Shown piece by piece: positions 1-7,438 of a stretch of DNA of 10,404 nucleotides. Positions within the stretch are counted from its first letter, which is position 1, and each line of letters begins with the position of its first letter. Position numbers and translations under genes: made by a program. The notes below the pieces were generated by a model. That model was not told the origin of the DNA and ran no database searches. It was given only the letters and a program-made list of their open reading frames with translations. This DNA comes from an uncultured Aquificales bacterium (GTDB taxonomy: Bacteria; Thermosulfidibacterota; Thermosulfidibacteria; Thermosulfidibacterales; Thermosulfidibacteraceae), in the NCBI GenBank assembly GCA_964453345.1, contig CAYVOC010000007.1:37616-48019 (forward strand), read 5' to 3'.

Positions 1-783
1 CTAAACCTCAAAATCTGCTACGAGGGGAGTGTGATCGGAAGGTCTTGGTTTCAGTCTGGGCTCTATGTCTATCCAGCAATTAACGCACCTATCGGCAATG
101 GGCTTTGTCCCGAGTATGTGATCCACCCTCCAGCCAAGTCCCCTTTCAACCGCCCTTGGCACCCTGTAGTCGTAGAAGGTGTATTGGTTTGGTTCGCCCG
201 GATGGTGCTTCCTGAACAGATCCTCAAATCCCCACTCCTTCACCCTTGAAAAGGCCTCCCACACCTCCGGTCTGAAGCAGACATGGCCGAAAAGCCTTTT
301 CGGGTTGTGAACATCTATGGGTTCGGGGGCAACATTCATATCTCCGCACCAGATTATGCTGTCCGATGGAGAAAAATTTTGGTCAAAGAACTCCCTTAAT
401 CTTTCAAACCACTTAAGTTTATACTTAAAGGCATCAGAATCGGGCCTCTGACCCTGAGGAATGTAGGTGTTGACCACAATTACGCCGTTGGGAAGCCTGA
501 CCGTTATTATCCTGTCAGCTTCCTCCTCCCCGTCAAACCCGTAAAGCACCTCCACAGGATCATCCTTTAGAACAACGGCAACGCCGTTTCTGCCCCCAAG
601 GCCCCGGTGCACGACCCTGTATCCCCTTTCCTCAAAGGCCTCCTTAGGAAACTTTGCATCCGCCACCTTCGTCTCCTGGAGGCAGAGGACATCGGGCCTG
701 TGCTTCTCCAGCCACTCCAGCACCAGGGGAAGCCTCGTCCTTATGGAGTTGACGTTGAAGGTTGCCACCCTGAAGGCTCCCAT
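1..783 (-). CDS. xth: Exodeoxyribonuclease III / AP endonuclease (ExoIII family)
   Basis: 260 aa ORF with ExoIII motifs [36 protein letters not shown] and SDHTP. ATG at 783 is preceded by SD-like GGGAGGG. The TAG stop is at 1-3. Confidence 0.95.
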   Translation of the reverse strand: MGAFRVATFNVNSIRTRLPLVLEWLEKHRPDVLCLQETKVADAKFPKEAFEERGYRVVHRGLGGRNGVAVVLKDDPVEVLYGFDGEEEADRIITVRLPNGVIVVNTYIPQGQRPDSDAFKYKLKWFERLREFFDQNFSPSDSIIWCGDMNVAPEPIDVHNPKRLFGHVCFRPEVWEAFSRVKEWGFEDLFRKHHPGEPNQYTFYDYRVPRAVERGLGWRVDHILGTKPIADRCVNCWIDIEPRLKPRPSDHTPLVADFEV

Positions 784-793
784 GATTCCCTCC

Positions 794-1189
794 CTAAACC
801 ATCACAAGAAGCGGCCTGTGCTTGGGAAAGACCTTTTTGAATACATCTCTATCGGTGTATACCAGATCGCAGTTGTAGTAAGAAGCGCATATCAAAGCAT
901 CCACAACGGACATGCCGGTTCCGTGGATGATATTTGCGGCAAGACCGGCAATCTCTTCATCAACCTCCACAACCCTGCACCGCAAAAGGATCATCTCCTT
1001 CAGTAGAGAAACAGCCTCAGGGTTCAGAATTCCCCTGTGTCTGAGAAGCTCAAGCTCAAGGAGCACGATAACGGATACTACAGGTATCCCTTCCTCAAGG
1101 ATGCGCTCCCACTCCTCCACCGCCCTTTTCCTTCCCCTGAGCAGGGCGAGCAAAAACCCTGTGTCTATGCCAACAAGCCGTTTCTTCAC
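794..1189 (-). CDS. vapC: PIN-domain ribonuclease, VapC-like type II toxin
   Basis: 131 aa ORF with PIN pattern [27 protein letters not shown] and VYTDRD. The GTG start overlaps the upstream small gene's TGA (GTGA, 1186-1189). Confidence 0.85.
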   Translation of the reverse strand: MKKRLVGIDTGFLLALLRGRKRAVEEWERILEEGIPVVSVIVLLELELLRHRGILNPEAVSLLKEMILLRCRVVEVDEEIAGLAANIIHGTGMSVVDALICASYYNCDLVYTDRDVFKKVFPKHRPLLVMV

Positions 1190-1413
1190 CTCAAGAGACT
1201 CCTAATATTATCCAGCTCTTCATCCGACAGGGATCGCAAAAAGCCTCTTCCGGAAAGAACTATTTCTTTAAGCCTCCTCCACGCCTCCTCGCTTAGAGCC
1301 TTCCTCAATCCTTCCTCCAGCAACTGTCCGGCGAGCTGATCAGCCGGAAGACCGCGTATATCCGAAAGCTTCTTGAGAAGCTCCGCGCACTCATCAGACA
1401 GCTCAAGCCTCAA
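1186..1413 (-). CDS. Putative antitoxin (VapB-like, N-terminal ribbon-helix-helix-like fold)
   Basis: 75 aa ORF directly upstream of and coupled to a PIN gene. The N-terminus MRLELSDECAELLKKLS..RG fits a strand-helix-helix pattern and the C-terminus has an acidic SDEELD segment. The TTG start has a strong SD (GGAGGTGA) and overlaps the HD-GYP stop (TTGA). Confidence 0.7.
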   Translation of the reverse strand: MRLELSDECAELLKKLSDIRGLPADQLAGQLLEEGLRKALSEEAWRRLKEIVLSGRGFLRSLSDEELDNIRSLLR

Positions 1414-2762
1414 ATCCCCATCACCTCCGTAAGCTTCTCCTTACCCATGGCCACATTTTCAAGAAAGCTCTCAAACTTAACCTTGGCACTCAGAGCCGCC
1501 TCCTCCGCAACCTGGTATAGTTCGTCGAAGTTGGGCTTTATGTGTGAGTAAACCTTGGAACACAGCCTTCCCGCTTTAACCTCCTCTTCGAGCACCGAGA
1601 TAACCAGCTCCTTGTCCCACCTCTCCTTATAGGGTCTCTTCTCAGAAAGGGCTGCAAAGACATCCGCTATCTGCATAATCTTTGCCCCTGTATACAGGCA
1701 GTCAGATGTCACCCCGAAGGGATACCCGGAACCGTCAAGCCTCTCATGGTGGTAGGAGGCGGCTTCAACAAGCTCGACAGGCATCCCCACATGCTTCAAG
1801 AACCTGTAGGTGTAATAGACATGGGTCTGGATGAGGGCATACTCCTTGGGATCAAGCCTCGCCGGCTTCTCCAGAATCTCTATGGGAACCATCATTTTGC
1901 CCACATCGTGCAGCAATCCTGCCAGCCTCAAAAGAAAGCGCTTCCTTATACACAGATCCATCTTCTCCGCTATGGCCTCCGCCAGGGCAGCCACCCTGGT
2001 GGAGTGGGTGGAGGTAACCGGAGATCTGAAGTCAACCACATGGCCTATCATGCCGGAGATCTTCAGCAGATTCTCCTGACTGGACTTGATAGGTATGCTT
2101 CCCAAACGCTCCTCGAGAAACTCCCTCACAGCCCTCCTTGAAACCAGCATGCTATACCAGAAGGCCAAGGGAGAATCCTTCACAAGCCCCTCGAGCGCCG
2201 AAAGGACCTCCGGATTGATTCCGGATTTTCTAAGCTGCGATATGATCTCATCCTTGTGCAGCCAGGGATACTCGTATCTTCTGATTGCAATCTCGAGATG
2301 ATCGGCCCCCATCAGCACCATGGATTCGAAGGGAACGTTATTTTCTACGGAAGGGTGATATGTAACATGATGATAGCGAACGATCTCGGCTATCTCTGCG
2401 TTGTCCTCGAGGAAGTCCATCTCGTCAATCACCCATCTGCTCAACTCCCCGTGGTCTATCAGGGCGTCTCTGTCCAGATTCCATAGATCCTTCAAATAGT
2501 TTATTCGAATAACAAAGAGCAGCCCTACATCGTGAAGAAGCGAGGCCACGGCAAGCCTCTTCAGAAGCCCCTCCCCCAGTCCGAGGGCCTCGCCCACATG
2601 CCACGCTATAAAGGCGACCCTATGGAGGTGTCCGTTGAGAACCTTTGAAGTCCTCTCAATCATCTCCGTAAAATCGAGAAGGAACTTTGAAAAGTTGATG
2701 GTGCTCTCCTCAAATACGGGCAGGTATCCACACACATTTCCCTCGTAATCCTCATAGTTCAT
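1410..2762 (-). CDS. Tandem HD / HD-GYP cyclic-dinucleotide phosphodiesterase
   Basis: 450 aa ORF. The C-terminal domain has THSTRVA, LLHDVGK, HVYYT, YHHERLDGSGYPFG and ADVFAALSEKRPYK. The N-terminal HD domain has GHLHRVA, LLHDVG, HGELS, YHH and GADHLE, but no GYP loop. Confidence 0.9.
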   Translation of the reverse strand: MNYEDYEGNVCGYLPVFEESTINFSKFLLDFTEMIERTSKVLNGHLHRVAFIAWHVGEALGLGEGLLKRLAVASLLHDVGLLFVIRINYLKDLWNLDRDALIDHGELSRWVIDEMDFLEDNAEIAEIVRYHHVTYHPSVENNVPFESMVLMGADHLEIAIRRYEYPWLHKDEIISQLRKSGINPEVLSALEGLVKDSPLAFWYSMLVSRRAVREFLEERLGSIPIKSSQENLLKISGMIGHVVDFRSPVTSTHSTRVAALAEAIAEKMDLCIRKRFLLRLAGLLHDVGKMMVPIEILEKPARLDPKEYALIQTHVYYTYRFLKHVGMPVELVEAASYHHERLDGSGYPFGVTSDCLYTGAKIMQIADVFAALSEKRPYKERWDKELVISVLEEEVKAGRLCSKVYSHIKPNFDELYQVAEEAALSAKVKFESFLENVAMGKEKLTEVMGI

Positions 2763-2765
2763 AGT

Positions 2766-4760
2766 TCACACTCCCTTCAGCACACTCATCTCAAACTCAT
2801 CGGCGGGCATGGGCCTGGCGAAGTAGAATCCCTGAAGCTCCTGGCATCCCCACTCCCTCAAAACCTTGGCGTGCCTTTCCGTCTCCACACCCTCTGCAAC
2901 CACGCCAACCCTAAGCGCCCTCGCCATATCAAGGATGGTCTTCACCACCTTGCTGTTTTTCCCATTCTCAAACATGCCCGTGACAAACACCCTGTCGATC
3001 TTCAGCCTGTCCACCGGCAGGCTGACCAGAGCCTCAAGGGAGGAGTATCCCGTCCCGAAATCGTCAAGGGAGATCCCGAAGCCAAGCTCCTTTATCCTTT
3101 CCATAATCGCTTGAGCCCTTCTAACATCCTCAAAGGCGGCTGTCTCCGTTATCTCAAGCTCCATCCATGTTGGATCAATCTCCCCTGCAACCTTCCCCAT
3201 ATCCTCAATGAACTTTTTCGTATTGAGCTCCCTACGGGAGACGTTCAAGGCAAGCCTCAAGGCTATCCCTTTTTTCCTCCATTTTTTCAGCCTTTCCACC
3301 GCCATCTCAAGTATCAGAGAGCTGAGCTGGTGAATCAATCCGGTGGATTCAGCAAGGGAAATGAAGGAATCCGGCATAATTAAACCCTTCTCCGGATGGA
3401 TCCACCTGACGAGGGCCTCCGCCGCAACCGGTCTGAAATCCGAAGCCGACACTATGGGCTGATAATAGAGGACAAACTCCCTTTTTCTTATGGCCCTCAT
3501 CAAATCGTCCCTCATGGCCTGCTGTTCCTTCAGCAGACCCTCAAGCTCATCCGAATAGAAGCAGATCTTTTCACCCCTCTCCTTGGCGTAGCTCATGGCA
3601 AGATGGGCCCTTCTCACAAGCTCCTCGGGATCCTTGCCATCAAGGGGATAGACGGAAACGCCGGTCCAGGTATCCACATAGACGCTCTGCCCGGATACGT
3701 TGTAGTATCCGGTGATATTTGACACAAGCCGCCTGACCGCACACTCGACCTTGTCAATGCTTCTTATGCCCACAAGGGCCGCAACAAACTCATCGGACCA
3801 GAGCCTGCCCACTATATCCGACGCCCTTGCAGAGGAGAGAAGTCTTCCTCCAAATTCCCTCAGCAGAACATCCCCCAGCACGCCTCCGTATAGATCGCTG
3901 ATCTTTCTCATGCCCTGAATATCAAAGACCACAACCGCAACCATGGACCTGCTTCTGCCGGCTATTCCGAGGGCTGTTTTCAGCTTTTCTATGAACAGCC
4001 TCCTGTTTGGAAGACCCGTGACATCGTCGGTGTAGGTGAGCTTCAGAAACTTATACTCCATCTGTTTTCTGGAGGTTACATCAAGCTCGCTGAAGATCAC
4101 CCCGTCAAATCCCTTTATAACACCCCGGGGGATCCTTCTAAAACTCACCTCAAAGAAGCGGTAGCTGCCATCCTTGATCTGCTGTCTGCACTCAAGAATG
4201 AGCCTGTCCCTTCTGCCCTCCAGGATCTCCTGAAAGGCGTTTTTGGTGAGCGAAACATCCTGAGGGTGTATGCGCTCAAAGTAGTTCTGCCCCTCCACCT
4301 CCTGCGAGGAGAAACCCTTAACCTTTTTCACAGAGGGGCTTACATAGAAGATCTCGCCATTGCTATTGAGCAGTCCCACAACCCCGGGAATGTTGCTGAG
4401 AAGAAACTCATACTTGTCGTGCTCCCTCACAATCTCCTGCTGTGCCTTGACCAGATCCCGTATATCCTTCAGATGAAAGACGTAATTGTTTCCACCCGCA
4501 ACGGGGAAGAAGTGTCCGAGAAAGTAGAGCAGTTCCCCCTTCCATTTAAAGGAGAGAACCCCCACAAAGGAGTCCCCCGCATCAAGGATGATCCTCACCT
4601 GATCATAAAAGGCCTCCCCGAGATACTCCACGGGATGGGCATCGAGAAGCTGCTTGTGGGCCCCATTCTGAAAGACAAGCCTTCCCGGCTCACCGCGGGA
4701 CTCCACCACCGCCACAGGGTCAACAACGTTTTCAACTATCTCCTTCCACATCACCTCCAC
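2766..4760 (-). CDS. PAS-PAS-GGDEF(degenerate)-EAL protein, probable c-di-GMP phosphodiesterase
   Basis: 664 aa ORF. A clear PAS domain (LLSNIPG...YVSPSV...ERIHPQD) follows a weaker N-terminal PAS-like segment. The GGDEF domain starts at DDVTGLPNRR and its signature reads WSDEF. The EAL domain is intact (YYQPIV, AEALVRW, LNVS, ELEITE, LDDFGTGYSSL, LKIDR, VAEGVET, LQGFYF). The start is GTG 4760 or ATG 4751. Confidence 0.92.
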   Translation of the reverse strand: MEVMWKEIVENVVDPVAVVESRGEPGRLVFQNGAHKQLLDAHPVEYLGEAFYDQVRIILDAGDSFVGVLSFKWKGELLYFLGHFFPVAGGNNYVFHLKDIRDLVKAQQEIVREHDKYEFLLSNIPGVVGLLNSNGEIFYVSPSVKKVKGFSSQEVEGQNYFERIHPQDVSLTKNAFQEILEGRRDRLILECRQQIKDGSYRFFEVSFRRIPRGVIKGFDGVIFSELDVTSRKQMEYKFLKLTYTDDVTGLPNRRLFIEKLKTALGIAGRSRSMVAVVVFDIQGMRKISDLYGGVLGDVLLREFGGRLLSSARASDIVGRLWSDEFVAALVGIRSIDKVECAVRRLVSNITGYYNVSGQSVYVDTWTGVSVYPLDGKDPEELVRRAHLAMSYAKERGEKICFYSDELEGLLKEQQAMRDDLMRAIRKREFVLYYQPIVSASDFRPVAAEALVRWIHPEKGLIMPDSFISLAESTGLIHQLSSLILEMAVERLKKWRKKGIALRLALNVSRRELNTKKFIEDMGKVAGEIDPTWMELEITETAAFEDVRRAQAIMERIKELGFGISLDDFGTGYSSLEALVSLPVDRLKIDRVFVTGMFENGKNSKVVKTILDMARALRVGVVAEGVETERHAKVLREWGCQELQGFYFARPMPADEFEMSVLKGV

Positions 4761-4763
4761 TCC

Positions 4764-5942
4764 CTAAGCCAGAAGGGCAACGGCATACACCTCCACTCCC
4801 CTGCCCTCTCCCGTGGCGTCCAGTCCCTCCTTGGTTTTGGCCTTTATGTTGATAATTTCGGGCGATACTCCCATAACTTCAGCAAGCCGCTTTTTTATCC
4901 TCTCCTTGTATGGAGAAAGTCTGGGTTTTTGCGCAACCACAGTCACATCCACGGAAAGTATTTTGAACTTCTCCTTCACCCTCTTCGCAACCTTTCTCAG
5001 AAAGATGGTGCTGTCCGCTCCCCTGTAGGCCGGATCCGTATCCGGGAACCACTCGCCTATATCCCCCAAGCCCGCAGCCCCTAAGAGAGCATCTACAACC
5101 GCGTGTATAAGGGCATCGCCGTCGGAGTGCCCCGCAAGGGAAAAGTCCGCATCCACCCTCACACCGCCAAGCACCATACCACTTCCCCGGGTAACCCTGT
5201 GAATATCGTATCCGAATCCAACCCTCGGCTGTGCAAGCATCCCTTCCGCCCTCTTCCAGTCATCGGGGGTGGTTATCTTGAAACAGTCGGGCTCGCCCTC
5301 AACCACAACAACCCTCCCCCCTGCCCTCTCAACCACAGAGGCATCGTCCGTAATTTTAACATCTCCGGCATCCTTTACAAGCTTTGTATAAGCATACCTT
5401 AGGGCTTCGGTCTTAAAAAGCTGAGGGGTCTGGATCAGAAAGATCTCGTCCCTGTCCAGGGTCTCCACCACCCTGCCACCTACCACCTTCTTGACAGTAT
5501 CAGAGACCTTAAGCGCAGGGATGGCCCCATCCGCATCCCCAATGGCCCGAAGCAATCTATCAAGCAAAGAGGGCGAGCAGAAGGGCCTTGCGGCATCGTG
5601 TATGGCCACAAGCTCCGACTCTACAAGCTCAAGCCCCTTGCGAACGGTCTCATACCTTTCGGCCCCTCCCGCAAAGACCCCCGATCCCCTGCGGGGAGCG
5701 TAACGGGCCAGAACCTCACGCCCCAAATCCAGATCCTCAGGGGGAACCCCCAGAAGGACTCTCTTTACAGAGCGATGCCCATCGAAGACCTCGAGGGAGT
5801 AGGCGACAAGCGGCTTACCCCTCAAAAGCTTCCACTGCTTCTTCTCCCCAAAGCGGCTGCCCCTTCCGGCAGCCACAACTATCACATCAATCCCTGTATC
5901 TTTTCCTTGCGCCGTGCTGATCACCCCGGACAGATTGGTCAC
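4764..5942 (-). CDS. ispDF: Bifunctional MEP cytidylyltransferase / MEcDP synthase (IspD-IspF fusion, MEP isoprenoid pathway)
   Basis: IspD motifs AAGRGSRFG, HDAARP, QTPQLF, TDDAS and KITTPDD are in frame with IspF motifs GFGYDIH, HSDGDALIHA, GDIGEWFPDTDP and NIKAKTKEGL. GTG 5942 has SD GGAGG 6 nt upstream. Confidence 0.95.
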   Translation of the reverse strand: MTNLSGVISTAQGKDTGIDVIVVAAGRGSRFGEKKQWKLLRGKPLVAYSLEVFDGHRSVKRVLLGVPPEDLDLGREVLARYAPRRGSGVFAGGAERYETVRKGLELVESELVAIHDAARPFCSPSLLDRLLRAIGDADGAIPALKVSDTVKKVVGGRVVETLDRDEIFLIQTPQLFKTEALRYAYTKLVKDAGDVKITDDASVVERAGGRVVVVEGEPDCFKITTPDDWKRAEGMLAQPRVGFGYDIHRVTRGSGMVLGGVRVDADFSLAGHSDGDALIHAVVDALLGAAGLGDIGEWFPDTDPAYRGADSTIFLRKVAKRVKEKFKILSVDVTVVAQKPRLSPYKERIKKRLAEVMGVSPEIINIKAKTKEGLDATGEGRGVEVYAVALLA

Positions 5943-6933
5943 CCTTTCCCTCCAGTATCTCCTCTATCCTTCCGAAGATTATCCTGCCCGTTGAGGACTG
6001 CAGCAGGCTGGTAACCATTATTCTCACCCGCTTGCCTATGTGGGGGAGTCCATCCTCCACCACAACCATGGTCCCGTCGTCAAGGTAACCCACACCCTGC
6101 CCGGGTTCCTTACCCCTCTTTATGAGAAAGACCTCAAGGGTCTCGCCGGGTAACACCACCGGCCTCAGAGCCTTGGCGAGATCGTTTATGTTAAGAACCT
6201 CCACTCCCTGAAGCCGCGCCACCTGATTGAGGTTGTAATCGGTGGTTATTATTTTCAGTCTGTATTTCTTGGCAAAGTGTATGAGCTTGTCATCCACCTC
6301 CTTTATCTCTGGAAAGTCTATATCCTCTATGCGAACCCTTATGTGCTTGATCTCCCTGAGCCTCTTTAGAACCTCAAAACCGCGCCTTCCCCTGTTCCTC
6401 ACCAGCGGATCCGTGGAATCCGCTATGCGCTGCAGCTCCTTAAGAACAAAGGAGGGAACGATTAAATTATACTCAAAAAAGCCGGTTTCACAAACATCGG
6501 CTATTCTGCCGTCTATTATTGCGCTTGTGTCAAGGATCTTGGCCCCTCTGAGCCTGAAGGGGGTTCTGGTGGGTGCGCTTGCGATGCTATCGGCTATTTT
6601 GGCTCCCACCAGCCCTCCCATGTATCCGAAGACAACGGCGAGAAAGAGCCTGAACATAAACTCCATGGGGAGGGTGGGAAAGGAGACGGGAAGCAGGTTG
6701 TATGCGTAGCTTGACAGCAGAACTCCCGAGGCTATCCCGGCAGCCGTTCCCACAAGGTCCCTGATCTTGAAGGCGATGATTTTTTTGATCACATGAATAA
6801 TGAAGATGGAGATGACAAGCCCGAGAACAGCACCGAGGGGTATCCCCTGAACCCCCACATAATACCTGCCTATAAGACCGCCCAGAACCGTGCCGCACGC
6901 AACTATGACTCCCTGAATGGGGCTAATCCTCAT
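5887..6933 (-). CDS. yacL: Membrane-anchored PIN/TRAM domain protein (YacL family)
   Basis: 348 aa ORF with about 4 N-terminal hydrophobic segments. PIN motifs are KILDTSAIIDGRI, VLKELQ, RGRRG, EVDDKL and ITTDYNLNQVA. The TRAM motif is GKEPGQGVGYLDDGTMVVVE. SD GAGGAGG precedes ATG 6933. Confidence 0.92.
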   Translation of the reverse strand: MRISPIQGVIVACGTVLGGLIGRYYVGVQGIPLGAVLGLVISIFIIHVIKKIIAFKIRDLVGTAAGIASGVLLSSYAYNLLPVSFPTLPMEFMFRLFLAVVFGYMGGLVGAKIADSIASAPTRTPFRLRGAKILDTSAIIDGRIADVCETGFFEYNLIVPSFVLKELQRIADSTDPLVRNRGRRGFEVLKRLREIKHIRVRIEDIDFPEIKEVDDKLIHFAKKYRLKIITTDYNLNQVARLQGVEVLNINDLAKALRPVVLPGETLEVFLIKRGKEPGQGVGYLDDGTMVVVEDGLPHIGKRVRIMVTSLLQSSTGRIIFGRIEEILEGKGDQSVRGDQHGARKRYRD

Positions 6934-7438
6934 TATCCTCCTCTTTGAAGAAGCTTTCCAGAAGCCTTTCAGCCTCCTGTATGCTTATGGACTTCGCTTC
7001 AGATATCTCCGATGCGAGGAACTGCTGGGCAGACTCCAGTATCTTTCTTTCACCGAAGGAAAGCTCTTTTTCTTTTCTTAAGAGCATCAGGTCCCTGTAA
7101 ACCTCCGCCACCGTGTTTATGTCTCCGCTTTTGACCTTCTCCAAGTAGTTTCTGTGCTTCACCGTCCAGCTCACCTTCTTGCCGTTCTCCTCCCTCTCGG
7201 GCCGCTCCTTAAGGATCTCAAATACCCTCTCGAGCACCTCCTCGCCCATGATCCTCCTGACCCCGATGCGCTCCGCCTTGTCCACAGGCACCCTTATAAC
7301 CGCATCGGTTTCAAGTATGCGGATGGTTAAAAGCTTCAAGCTCTTCCCCTCAAGCTCCCACTCGTCAATGGACTCTATAACCCCCACACCATGGGCGGGA
7401 TACACCACCTTCTCCCCTACCTTATACTCTTCAGCCAT
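6923..7438 (-). CDS. carD: CarD/CdnL family RNA polymerase-binding transcription regulator
   Basis: N-terminal YKVGEKVVYPAHGVGVI motif. The C-terminal region (SWTVKHRNYLEKVKSGD...AEVYRDL...LSFGERK...SEIS) keeps the conserved Trp. ATG 7438 overlaps the radA TGA (TGATG). An alternative start is TTG at 7441. Confidence 0.93.
   Translation of the reverse strand: MAEEYKVGEKVVYPAHGVGVIESIDEWELEGKSLKLLTIRILETDAVIRVPVDKAERIGVRRIMGEEVLERVFEILKERPEREENGKKVSWTVKHRNYLEKVKSGDINTVAEVYRDLMLLRKEKELSFGERKILESAQQFLASEISEAKSISIQEAERLLESFFKEEDNED

Noticed and set aside
794..4760. CBASS-like or other anti-phage system suggested by nucleotide-signalling enzymes next to a nuclease
   Set aside because: There is no CD-NTase or active cyclase and no CARF/SAVED/STING sensor. 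The PIN gene has an ordinary antitoxin-like partner.
4752..4800. 13-nt direct repeat CACCTCCACTCCC at 4752-4764 and 4788-4800, at the ispDF / EAL junction, considered as an insertion scar
   Set aside because: A near-identical string also occurs inside yacL near 6197-6209, and all copies read as G-V-E-V codons. I saw no matching copy at the other end of the accessory block and no recombinase, so codon bias is the likelier cause.
4266..5084. 272-aa plus-strand ORF and the other plus-strand ORFs of 67-170 aa
   Set aside because: They are antisense shadows of well-supported minus-strand genes, with no recognisable motifs and atypical H/L/P/S-rich composition.
6587..6898. 103-aa Cys/Arg/His-rich alternative-frame ORF inside yacL
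   Set aside because: It lies fully within the TM-encoding part of yacL, has no domain signature, and its composition is what an off-frame reading would give.
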